Of a stretch of DNA of 64,000 bases, positions 48,884 to 58,055 are shown piece after piece. This DNA is from a virus. Position 1 is the stretch's first letter. Every line of letters starts with the position of its first letter. The notes under the pieces are model-generated. The model was not told where the DNA came from, made no database searches, and saw nothing but the letters and a program-made list of their open reading frames with translations. Location: IMG/VR virus record IMGVR_UViG_3300022200_000033, positions 1 through 64,000 of that record. One strand, written 5' to 3'. A program made the translations under genes and the position numbers.

Positions 48884-49822
48884 TTACACTAAAGAGCTGT
48901 CAAAGTCAAGCCATTGCTGAACAATTCTACCTTTGCTTCTATATTCAACAATATCCTGAATCTGCTCAGATGGATCAAACTCTTTATTCTTGATTATGTT
49001 GATAGCATTTCTTAGATTGTCTGCGTAGTCTTTTACTACCTCATCCATTGATTGTTTAGAAATAAAATCAACCATCATTCCATACCCGCGAGATGTTTCT
49101 GGCAATGCTCCAACATTGCTATAGACACAAAGGTTTCCAGACGCTAGTGCCTCTGCCTGAACAAGGCAACTTGTCTCTTCAAAGATTGAGGGGTAGGCAT
49201 GAATCTGAGAGTCTGCAAATGCCTTCATTACTGTATTTCGTGGTGTCTTACCATAAAAAGTAATTCTTTCATCTTCTAGCAACTTCTGTAGTGCCTCATT
49301 ATCTGGATGTTGTTCGGGGTAGAAGTCATTGTAAATGTCTAGTTGAAAATCTTCATCAATCTGTAGTGTTGCCTGTAGAAGAACTTCTAGACCTCGTACC
49401 GCCTGAGATGCATGAATAATTTTTACCTTATCAACATTGTCAAACTTAGACTCATTATACTCAGTGCCATAAAGTGGGTACTCAATAACATGAACCACAT
49501 CTGGATCTACATTAAGTTGTAGAACAGTTTGCTTCTTATGAAATTCAGACAGTACGATAAAATGGTCAACAGTGTCAAGGAAATCCTGACGCTTCAATAC
49601 ATTCATACCCTTGTCATCAATCTGATCTGGCGTAAGATGAAGCCAGATAATGTTACGCTGTCCATCAAACAGTTCTTCTAGGTTCTGTGGTGCTCCTGGT
49701 ACAGAGATACAACGATAGTCTGTAATATTATTTACTTGTGGTAATACATTTTTATGAAACCATTTGAGTGCTACTTCTGTACCGCCCAAATTATTGTTAT
49801 CCCATGGGAATACGCTTTCCAT
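48884..49822 (-). CDS. GT-B (family 4-like) glycosyltransferase
   Basis: GGTE, LSEFH, RGL..LL, YPS.FEETSCL...EA.ASG...GALPE; ATG 49822 coupled. Confidence 0.85.
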   Translation of the reverse strand: MESVFPWDNNNLGGTEVALKWFHKNVLPQVNNITDYRCISVPGAPQNLEELFDGQRNIIWLHLTPDQIDDKGMNVLKRQDFLDTVDHFIVLSEFHKKQTVLQLNVDPDVVHVIEYPLYGTEYNESKFDNVDKVKIIHASQAVRGLEVLLQATLQIDEDFQLDIYNDFYPEQHPDNEALQKLLEDERITFYGKTPRNTVMKAFADSQIHAYPSIFEETSCLVQAEALASGNLCVYSNVGALPETSRGYGMMVDFISKQSMDEVVKDYADNLRNAINIIKNKEFDPSEQIQDIVEYRSKGRIVQQWLDFDSSLV

Positions 49823-50634
49823 TACACACCTTTCCAAAACTCTAGTCCTGAATATTTCTTAATTATTGATGGTGAAAATATGTCTTCTAGAACATAGTTT
49901 TCTCTTTGTATTATCTTCTTTACTTTGTGATGATCTTTTACTCCCCAATGATCTGTGTAAGTGTGGGGAGTAGAAAGATTAGACAAGTCTACTTGATAAT
50001 GAGGAATTCCAAGGAAATCATATACCTTATCTACCGTTTCTTCTGTATTAGTAGTTAAGTCATCATAGTCAACAAGCATTATATTGTCTTTAAATTGTGG
50101 ATGCAAAACCCTCTTCATATTCTCAATACCAATACGAATACCATTTTCATCCCCGCCCATAGTCATAAAGTAATCTGCTCTTTTATCTGCCATAGGTCTC
50201 TTTGTCTTATCGACCTTGTTGATTTCTGGATCATAGCTATTCTTTGGATCGTTTTCGCAAAGACGATTCCATGATGCTAAAATTCCCATGACATTACGAA
50301 CAGGGCAAATTACCCTTAGAGGATTTTTAAGATGGTTTTCAAGAATTACATATGGATGTGCATCTAACCACGAAAAGTTCTTGTCAATAATATATGTTTC
50401 CTTATGCCCTCCATAAAAGGTAGGAATGATTATTTCCATCACACGATAGATACTGTCCCATTGATCTGAGTCCTTATTCTCTTTACTCTGATATTGGTTA
50501 TAGGTAGCGCCCAAGGTGTTAGGGAGGACTGACTGTGGAGAAACATAAATATCTGGATTCTGACTAAGAATAGAAGATAACATTGTACCTCCCGAGCGTG
50601 GCAATCCTGCCATAAAATAAAACTTTTTATCCAT
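49822..50634 (-). CDS. PAPS-dependent sulfotransferase
   Basis: 5'-PSB loop GLPRSGGTML, IDK, 3'-PB R....ILASW, YDDL......VYDFLG. Confidence 0.85.
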   Translation of the reverse strand: MDKKFYFMAGLPRSGGTMLSSILSQNPDIYVSPQSVLPNTLGATYNQYQSKENKDSDQWDSIYRVMEIIIPTFYGGHKETYIIDKNFSWLDAHPYVILENHLKNPLRVICPVRNVMGILASWNRLCENDPKNSYDPEINKVDKTKRPMADKRADYFMTMGGDENGIRIGIENMKRVLHPQFKDNIMLVDYDDLTTNTEETVDKVYDFLGIPHYQVDLSNLSTPHTYTDHWGVKDHHKVKKIIQRENYVLEDIFSPSIIKKYSGLEFWKGV

Positions 50635-50657
50635 TATTTTCCTATCTGTTTTGCCCA

Positions 50658-50697
50658 ATAATATCATAAAGGCTAGGACAAGTCAAGCCCTAGCCAA
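50658..50697 (-). promoter_or_regulatory. hairpin overlapping promoter upstream of sulfotransferase
   Basis: GGCTAGG...CCTAGCC stem with TTGACT in its loop, 17 bp from TATTAT. Confidence 0.5.
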
Positions 50698-50719
50698 TAT
50701 GATTTATATAAAAATATTA

Positions 50720-51019
50720 CTATGCTGGTGGAAGCTCACCACTCCTTCGTGCTTCCATCTCAGCCTCCATAGCCTCAATCTCCTCTGGAGTTGGCTTTGG
50801 AGTTCTCTCCTCACCACGGCCCCCTGGAGCAAATGGAGCATCTTCAACCTCAATGGACTCAATGAACATCTCAGCCCATGCAGCAGCCTCCTCAGCAGAA
50901 TCCCATGGGGTTCCATTTGGGTAGTAGGGCTGGAATAATCCAGCAACATCTGCACCATCATAATATACTCTTACTGCAAAACCCTCTTCTGGTCCTGCAA
51001 CCTCGTATCTATTTGCCAT
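50720..51019 (-). CDS. acidic hypothetical protein (possible fibre chaperone)
   Basis: ATG 51019 behind GGAGGTG; QP.YPNG.PW...EA..WA motif. Confidence 0.65.
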   Translation of the reverse strand: MANRYEVAGPEEGFAVRVYYDGADVAGLFQPYYPNGTPWDSAEEAAAWAEMFIESIEVEDAPFAPGGRGEERTPKPTPEEIEAMEAEMEARRSGELPPA

Positions 51020-51046
51020 ACTTTTCACCTCCTATAGATGTATATT

Positions 51047-51706
51047 CTACCATGAAATGGGTACTTTCTTCATATGCTTAACAAGGACGGTAGGGTCAAA
51101 CATAATATCTATACCCGCCTTATATGCATTAATACACCAAGAGATATCTTCTCCTAGTGAATCTTGTATTGTTGTGCCGTCCATCTTTTGCACATCTTGC
51201 AAATAATGCTTAAACCAAGGGCGTTCTAGTCTTTCAAATACTCCAGACTTCATAGCAACAAATCCAAAACCAATGCTTTGTACCTTGGTTATTTCTGACA
51301 TTTGCATAATTTCATGCTTTGGTATTCCGCCTGGATTTCCCCATGCATGAACAGATGTAGTAATTCCATCAGCAAGCAAATATGCACCTGTTGTTACATC
51401 ATAGTCAGAGTCATATATCTTAAAGAATTGCCAAGGCTCCCATGAAATATCAGAGTCAATCCAAAATATCTTATTGTATGTTACTTTATCTCCCATTGGA
51501 CCTTTGTGGTCTGGATTTAATTCCATACCCTCGCCACCACTGCACGTTAATTCACGGGCATGATGAACAAGTGATCCATAGGCATTGATAAACTTATATG
51601 TCAAACCTCTTTTATCACATTCTGCGAGGGTATTGACAAGACTTTTTACATATTGTGCTTCCATCATAGCCCCAGGAGTTGCTATGAGAATATCATAATG
51701 TTGCAT
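51047..51706 (-). CDS. GT-A (family 2-like) glycosyltransferase
   Basis: IATP, ARE, WIDSDI (DxD), GFGF, GEDI.WC, V.H. Confidence 0.8.
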   Translation of the reverse strand: MQHYDILIATPGAMMEAQYVKSLVNTLAECDKRGLTYKFINAYGSLVHHARELTCSGGEGMELNPDHKGPMGDKVTYNKIFWIDSDISWEPWQFFKIYDSDYDVTTGAYLLADGITTSVHAWGNPGGIPKHEIMQMSEITKVQSIGFGFVAMKSGVFERLERPWFKHYLQDVQKMDGTTIQDSLGEDISWCINAYKAGIDIMFDPTVLVKHMKKVPISW

Positions 51707-51777
51707 TATTTTCCTATCTGTTGTATGTATTATATAGGACAAATCTTATTACAAGGATATCAACTTTTATACAATGA

Positions 51778-52788
51778 TCAAAGTAGTCCTGAGATTCGTG
51801 ATATTTGTTCGGCAACATCTCTTTCTCTTGTCACTAATGGAGTATCGTAGGCGATGGAGATCCAGCTCTTCTGCGATAGCAGCGACCTTCCTGTCCATGT
51901 AATGCCATCGGTGGAGGAGGCGGCAGTGGATGAGTTATATGCCACAGCAACAAACGTGCCATTGCCATAGGCGACGGAGCGCCAAGAAATACCTATTGGC
52001 ATTGCCGCAAGGGTCCATGTAATGCCATCGGTGGAGGAGGTGGCTGCGGTTGTGAAAGATGCCACAGCAACAAACTTGCCATTGCCATAAGTGATGGATC
52101 TCCACTGCGCATACGCTGGCAGTTCCACAGAGGTCCATGTAATGCCATTGGTGGAGGTGGCTGCGGTTGTGTTGTTATGTATCACAGCAACAAACTTGCC
52201 ATTGCCATAAGCGACGGAGCGGTATCTACCAGTCAATGGCATTGTCCTTTGTGTCCATGTAATGCCATTGGTGGAGGTGGCGACTTGGATGGCGGCTGTG
52301 TTATATGCCACAGCAACAAACGTGCCATTGCCATAAGTGACGTCTTCCCAGTTAGCGTTAGCATTGGGCAAAGTACCTTGTATCCATGTAATGCCATCGG
52401 TGGAGGCGGCGGCTACTTGGGAGCTTCTTGCCACAGCAACAAACGTGCCATTGCCATGGGTGACTGCGTCCCAACCAGCAGCCACAGGAAGTGTTCTTTG
52501 TATCCATGTAATGCCATCGGTGGAGGAGGCGGCTACTTGGGCACTAGATCCAGAAAGGTAGTCTGACACGGCAACAAAGGCACCATTGCCATCATGGGTG
52601 ATGTCGCGCCAGAACGCAGACACAGGCATTGTCCTAGCGGTCCAAGTAATTCCATCGGTTGAGTATGCGGCTTCTTGGGAATTAATTGCCACAGCTAAGT
52701 ATGTTGCTTCATTTATTTCTATATCTGTAGTTATATTATTAGCCGATAAACTATAAAACTTGTCAAACTTTGTTCTCTCAATACCCAT
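51778..52788 (-). CDS. 7-blade BNR/Asp-box beta-propeller protein
   Basis: Seven STDGITW / YGNG.FVAVA units. Confidence 0.85.
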   Translation of the reverse strand: MGIERTKFDKFYSLSANNITTDIEINEATYLAVAINSQEAAYSTDGITWTARTMPVSAFWRDITHDGNGAFVAVSDYLSGSSAQVAASSTDGITWIQRTLPVAAGWDAVTHGNGTFVAVARSSQVAAASTDGITWIQGTLPNANANWEDVTYGNGTFVAVAYNTAAIQVATSTNGITWTQRTMPLTGRYRSVAYGNGKFVAVIHNNTTAATSTNGITWTSVELPAYAQWRSITYGNGKFVAVASFTTAATSSTDGITWTLAAMPIGISWRSVAYGNGTFVAVAYNSSTAASSTDGITWTGRSLLSQKSWISIAYDTPLVTRERDVAEQISRISGLL

Positions 52789-55010
52789 TAAATTTCTCCT
52801 CCAAAGGCATGGAATGTAGATGCTCCATTAGTTGATTTAATTCTAAGTGTGTTATTTTCTTCCATTGTGTACCCGCCTTTAATCGTAATTGTTTCGTTTC
52901 CAAGAATGTCGTGGGACTTGAATAAGTAGTCCTCTGATGGAATTGCTGGGGATATATCTGGATTACCTATACTGACGGTAGTCCACTTATTACTCATAGA
53001 AATTGTCCCTTGTGTCCATGTAATGGCATCGGTGGAGGAGGCGTAGTATTGGGTGTTATATCCCACAGCAACAAACATGCCATTGCCATAAGTGACGGCA
53101 TTCCAACTACCACCAGGAGGAAGTGTTCTTTGTATCCACGTTACACCATCAGTGGAGGTTTGGGCTGTTGTGTAAGCGTTATATGACATGGCAACAAAGG
53201 TGCCATTGCCAAAAGTCATGCGTACCGTTCCGGCATTAACGGGATAGGTTGCCATTGTCCATGTAATGCCATCGGTGGAGGTGGCCGCTGCTTGGGAGTT
53301 TTTTGCCACAGTAACAAACGTGCCATTGCCATAGGCGACAGTCGTCCAATTCCGTGACTGTGGCGTTGAACTTCCTGTCCATGTAACACCATCAGTGGAA
53401 GATGCGACGGTGCCGTACGTCACGGACACAGCAACAAACGTGCCATTACCATAAGTGACGGCTTCCCACGGACGACTTATTGGCATTGTCCCTTGTGTCC
53501 ATGTAATGCCATCGGTGGTGGTGGCGGAGTATTGGGAGTTGTATGCCGCAGAAACAAATATGCCATTGCCATGGGTGATGCTGCGCCAAATTGCACTCAC
53601 TGGCATCTGCCCTTGTATCCATGTAATGCCATCGGTGGAGGTGGTGGATACTTGGGAGCCGTATGCCACAGCAACAAAGGTGTCGTTGCCATAAGTGGAG
53701 GCGTACCAATAGTTACTCAAAGGCAAGGTTTTTGTCGTCCACACTATGTTATCGGTGGAAAAAGAGTACTGTGTGCTGTTACGCGCAAGGACAACATATG
53801 TAGGAGTAGCAACAGGAACAAAAGCACTATCATTAATAGCAATATCAAATGTGTCTGCTGTTGAAGATGTGTTGGTTACATTGATTGCCCTGACTACCGT
53901 GGCAGAACCAGAGGGTACAGAATAAAGATTCTCTTCATTTCCATCATTAGCACTCTGTCCTAATATCTTATATTCTGTCATGATAGTTCAACTCCGTAGG
54001 TAGAAAATGTTATATTGCCCCCGCTATTATCCTTTGCCACAATGGAGGCAGATGCAGAAAGAACAATTCCTGGTTCAAGAATTTGTGTTTCATTTTGTGA
54101 AATTAGGGAAGATTTGTATAGGTTGTTAAGGGAAGGGGAAGAGTATGGTTGAATATCTTCTCCATAGGCAGAATCTACCCAAACCTCACTTGAAGGCATT
54201 GTTCTAGCAGTCCACGTTATACCGTCTGTTGAGGATGCTGATGTAAACGAAGTTATGGAAGAAGCAACAAAAATACCGTTACCATATGTGATCGATTTCC
54301 AAAAATTAGTTGATGGAAGGGTGCTAGCAGTCCAAGTAGTTCCATTGGTTGAGTATGCGGCGGCGGCGGATATGTATCCTGCTACAGCAACAAAGGTGTT
54401 ATTACCATAAGTGACATCTTCCCAAGACTGACTTGATGGCAATAATCTAGCCGTCCACGATATTCCATTTGTGGAACTTGCTGCGGCGTTGTCAGACCAG
54501 CCATATCCCCCAGAACCTGCAATAGCAACAAATACTCCACCTCCATAACTTATAGAGGACCAAGGGTTCATGCTTGGAAGACTAGATAGGGTCCAAGATA
54601 TTCCATTTGTAGAATAGGCAGAGTCATTAAAACTATAACCTCCATCATTATAATATCTAGGAATAACTACGAAGACTCCACCTCCATATGTAACAGATCC
54701 CCAATACTTACTACCCGCAGCAATTGATGTAGATGTCCAAGTTATTCCATCTGTTGAATATGCTGCATCTGGAATAGAATATCCAGTAGCAACAGCAACA
54801 AACTTTCCATCACCGTAGGTTATATCGATCCACCAACTAGAACTAGACATTGTTCTAGGTGTCCATGCTATTCCATCTGTAGATGACGCTGCTGACGTAC
54901 TTTGCTCTGCAATGGCAGAAAATATTCCATTACCATAGGAAACATGCCAGTCAGAATTTGATGGCATCGTGCTAGCGGTCCAAGTAGTTCCATCGGTTGA
55001 GTATGCGGCA
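51840..55010. repeat. coding tandem repeats, ~120-bp period, across three genes
   Basis: Blocks TCCATGTAATGCCATCGGTGGA and GCCACAGCAACAAACGTGCCATTGCCAT recur, e.g. near 51894, 52014, 52134, 52254, 52383, 52503, 53258, 53378, 53498, 53618. Confidence 0.9.
52788..53981 (-). CDS. beta-propeller protein embedded in small scaffold domain
   Basis: Seven blades between YKILGQ...VTN...TFDI N-flank and ET....G...TF..FG.E C-flank. Confidence 0.85.
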   Translation of the reverse strand: MTEYKILGQSANDGNEENLYSVPSGSATVVRAINVTNTSSTADTFDIAINDSAFVPVATPTYVVLARNSTQYSFSTDNIVWTTKTLPLSNYWYASTYGNDTFVAVAYGSQVSTTSTDGITWIQGQMPVSAIWRSITHGNGIFVSAAYNSQYSATTTDGITWTQGTMPISRPWEAVTYGNGTFVAVSVTYGTVASSTDGVTWTGSSTPQSRNWTTVAYGNGTFVTVAKNSQAAATSTDGITWTMATYPVNAGTVRMTFGNGTFVAMSYNAYTTAQTSTDGVTWIQRTLPPGGSWNAVTYGNGMFVAVGYNTQYYASSTDAITWTQGTISMSNKWTTVSIGNPDISPAIPSEDYLFKSHDILGNETITIKGGYTMEENNTLRIKSTNGASTFHAFGGEI

Positions 55011-55249
55011 GCGGTTTCACCAGAAACAATAACAAAAGTAGGAGATAAGATCTCAACATCGTCCAAATCACTTTGCTGTGTAACTCCACTCTCATAAACA
55101 TTGATATCAAAGGTTGCAGATGAAGATGATCTATTTGTTACCGTGATATTTGAAACTAAAGATTGTGTATCTGCGGGGGCGACGTAAAGAAGTTTTTCTT
55201 TATCATCAGCAGGAGCAATTGCACCTAGTCTTTTATATGATTCAGGCAT
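53978..55249 (-). CDS. beta-propeller protein embedded in small scaffold domain
   Basis: As above; start reassigned to ATG 55249 (MPESYKRLG), 6 nt after TATAAT. Confidence 0.85.
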   Translation of the reverse strand: MPESYKRLGAIAPADDKEKLLYVAPADTQSLVSNITVTNRSSSSATFDINVYESGVTQQSDLDDVEILSPTFVIVSGETAAAYSTDGTTWTASTMPSNSDWHVSYGNGIFSAIAEQSTSAASSTDGIAWTPRTMSSSSWWIDITYGDGKFVAVATGYSIPDAAYSTDGITWTSTSIAAGSKYWGSVTYGGGVFVVIPRYYNDGGYSFNDSAYSTNGISWTLSSLPSMNPWSSISYGGGVFVAIAGSGGYGWSDNAAASSTNGISWTARLLPSSQSWEDVTYGNNTFVAVAGYISAAAAYSTNGTTWTASTLPSTNFWKSITYGNGIFVASSITSFTSASSTDGITWTARTMPSSEVWVDSAYGEDIQPYSSPSLNNLYKSSLISQNETQILEPGIVLSASASIVAKDNSGGNITFSTYGVELS

Positions 55250-55256
55250 AATTCTA

Positions 55257-58022
55257 TTATACACCACCTAGGATAAACATGGGGTGAATTGTTGGCTGTA
55301 CCGCCGAAGTTGCTACATCAACATAAGCAGTTGTTGCGATTTGTGTTGAATTTGTTCCTGCTGATGCTGTAGGAGCAGTTGGTGTTCCAGTAAATGTTGG
55401 AGATGCAAGTGATGCCTTGGCAGCAAGGTTGGCAGTGGTAGGGATCTCATATCCACCAGCAAGGGTGATTGCAAGAGTTCCAGATGAAGTTATTGGGCCA
55501 CCAGATATAGAAAGACCTGTTGGTACTGATGCATTTACTGAAGTTACTGTTCCTGTAGTAGTCGAATACCCCTGAGACTTTACATAAGCAGTTGTTGCAA
55601 TTTGAGTAGTATTAGTTGCTGCTGAAGCAGTGGGGGCAGTAGGAGTACCAGTAAGTGTTGGGCTTTCTAGTGGAGCCTTTTGCCCTAGTGATGTAGATAT
55701 GGTAGTTGCAAAGTTTGGATCATCACCCAATGCTGCAGCAAGTTCATTAAGTGTATCTAGGGTTCCTGGAGCAGAATCAACTAGAGCAGCGGTTTCAGCC
55801 TTCACAAAAGCTGTAGTGGCAATTTGTATTGTATTAGTTCCTAGTGCAGCTGTTGGAGCGGCTGGAGTTCCTGTAAGTGTGGGAGAGGCAAGTGGGGCTT
55901 TTGTAGACAAGTCAGTGGTTAAGTCAGTAATTTGTGATTGAGATAAAGTAAGTGCATCAGCCTGACCAGATGCGTGAGACGCTGCGTGAGCAGTGGGGGT
56001 ACGAGAATCTGACAAACGGGAATCTGCAGTAACAACAGCAGTTCCTGTAATTGCTGACGGTGAAATACCAGTATCAGGGGCAGCACCAATATCACTAGGG
56101 GTCAATACATCTGAACCACCAGTAGCGTGTGAACTTTTATGTGAGGTTGGTGTTCTGGAGTTAGTCAACCTACTATCGCTATCTATAACAGCGGTACCAG
56201 ATATTTTTGATGGGTCAATTGCTGCAGTAGCGTTAATGTCAGCATTAACTATTGTACCGTCAACAATTTTTGCTGAAGTAACGGAATTATCTGTGGGTGT
56301 TCGATTGTCTGAAAGACGAGAATCACTTGTGTAGATCAAATTTGCTGTATTGGTAATTCCGTGAACTGATGTAGTTGCTGATGTATGTGAGTTTAGCGTT
56401 GTTGTGTCAGCCTTGGCTCCAATCTGAGAGGCAACAGTAGTAGCAAAGTTAGCATCATCTCCTAGAGCTGCAGCAAGCTCATTAAGAGTATTTAGTGCTT
56501 CTGGTGATGAATCTACTAAATTACTAACTGCAGTATCAGTATATGAATTTGAATTAGATTCTGCTGTTGCTGCAGAACCTGCTGGATCGTAATTCACAGC
56601 AAGGCCATCGGAATAAGAGTTAGCTGCACTCTCTGCAGAGTCAGCAGCGGAATCTGCATAAGTTTTAGTCGCAAGATCTGCCGTGTTTGCTATTCCATGA
56701 ACACTTGTTGTAGCGTTTTCGTGATCTGTTAAATCAGAAGCGACTGCTGAGGCAGAGCCAGAAGAATCGTAGTTGCTTGCAAGGCTGTCAGAATAAGTAT
56801 TAGCAGTAGATACTGCATCTGATTCGGCAGTATCTACATATGATGTAGTGGCAAGTAGAGAGGTATCTGAAATTCCATGAACACTGGTCGTGTCTAGATT
56901 ATGAGTAGAAACTTCACTAGATGCTGTACCCGCTGCATCATAATTAGATGCAAGGCTATCTGCATAGGAATTAGAAGAAGATACTGCATCTGACTCAGCG
57001 GTGTCTACATAAGAAATCGTAGCAAGAAGAGATGTATCTGCTATTCCGTGAACTGATGTAGTATCAGAATTGTGTGTAGAAATTTCTGTATCTGTGTAAG
57101 AGTTAGCATTGCCCTCTGCTGTTGCCGAACTGCCAGATGGGTCGTAATTAGGGGAAAGACCGTCAGAATAAGAGTTGGCAGATGTCACTGCATCAGACTC
57201 AGCTGAATCAACGTATGAAATAGTAGCAAGTAAAGATGTATCAGAAATACCGTGAACATTTGTAGTTGCTGATTCATGACTTGTAAGATCTGCATCATTT
57301 GCTTTAGTTGCAATGCTGTTAGTAACTGTAGTAGCAAAATTTGGATCGTCTCCAAGTGCCGCCGCTAATTCATTAAGGGTATCAAGTGTTAATGGAGCAG
57401 AGTCTATTAAGTTTGCTGCTGCGGTAGTAGCAGCATTATCTGCATAGGTTTTAGTAGCAAGAGCAGAAGTGTCTGCGATCCCATGTACATTTGTAGTATC
57501 AGCGTTGTGGGTAGATAAAGATGAATCAGAATAACTTTCTGCATTTGACTGCGCTGTTGCAGATGATCCCGCTGGGTCATAATTAGAGGCAAGTCCATCA
57601 GCGTAGGATTCTGCTGCTGTTTGGGCTGCTGAGGCTAAACCAATAGCATCATAACTAGATGCAGCATTAGCCTGAGTCAAGTAAGTTGAGGAGGCAGTTG
57701 ATACATCAAGTTTATCTGCCAAAGAATTTGTAATTGTTGATGCAAAATTTTCGTCATCACCTAAAGCTGCTGCCAACTCGTTTAATGTGTCTAATAGTGC
57801 TGGAGCTCCATCAAGAACTGATGAAACTGAAGAGTCAATAGCACTTTGAATTTCAGCTGGAGTTAAATTAATATATAAAAGATTTGACCAAGTTGAAGAA
57901 CCATCTCCAATCTTTATTTTTTCTAAATCTGTTGATATAGCAAGTTCTCCTGATGCAAGCACTGGATTTGCTGAAGACCACTGTGAAGAGGTTCCTCTTC
58001 TTATTTGAATTAAAGTTGCCAT
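55257..58022 (-). CDS. long repeat-rich tail fibre with Mtd_N/hyaluronidase-like N-terminal domain
   Basis: IQIRRGT...W...NPVLA.GE....D..K.KIGDG...W..L; 4x LDTLNELAAALGDD.NFA; multiple VHGI.DT..LAT and ASPT.TGTP.APT repeats. Confidence 0.85.
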   Translation of the reverse strand: MATLIQIRRGTSSQWSSANPVLASGELAISTDLEKIKIGDGSSTWSNLLYINLTPAEIQSAIDSSVSSVLDGAPALLDTLNELAAALGDDENFASTITNSLADKLDVSTASSTYLTQANAASSYDAIGLASAAQTAAESYADGLASNYDPAGSSATAQSNAESYSDSSLSTHNADTTNVHGIADTSALATKTYADNAATTAAANLIDSAPLTLDTLNELAAALGDDPNFATTVTNSIATKANDADLTSHESATTNVHGISDTSLLATISYVDSAESDAVTSANSYSDGLSPNYDPSGSSATAEGNANSYTDTEISTHNSDTTSVHGIADTSLLATISYVDTAESDAVSSSNSYADSLASNYDAAGTASSEVSTHNLDTTSVHGISDTSLLATTSYVDTAESDAVSTANTYSDSLASNYDSSGSASAVASDLTDHENATTSVHGIANTADLATKTYADSAADSAESAANSYSDGLAVNYDPAGSAATAESNSNSYTDTAVSNLVDSSPEALNTLNELAAALGDDANFATTVASQIGAKADTTTLNSHTSATTSVHGITNTANLIYTSDSRLSDNRTPTDNSVTSAKIVDGTIVNADINATAAIDPSKISGTAVIDSDSRLTNSRTPTSHKSSHATGGSDVLTPSDIGAAPDTGISPSAITGTAVVTADSRLSDSRTPTAHAASHASGQADALTLSQSQITDLTTDLSTKAPLASPTLTGTPAAPTAALGTNTIQIATTAFVKAETAALVDSAPGTLDTLNELAAALGDDPNFATTISTSLGQKAPLESPTLTGTPTAPTASAATNTTQIATTAYVKSQGYSTTTGTVTSVNASVPTGLSISGGPITSSGTLAITLAGGYEIPTTANLAAKASLASPTFTGTPTAPTASAGTNSTQIATTAYVDVATSAVQPTIHPMFILGGV

Positions 58023-58055
58023 CTATTATCTCCTTTTAAATTATATCATAAACTA

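Noticed and set aside
51840-53760. Regular repeat/variable pattern resembling a CRISPR array
   Set aside because: Period is a multiple of 3, repeats are degenerate, two different blocks alternate, and all lie in open frames encoding propeller blades; no cas1/cas2
51778-58022. Diversity-generating retroelement (Mtd_N domain plus repeats)
   Set aside because: No reverse transcriptase in window; differences between repeats are not adenine-restricted; no non-coding template repeat
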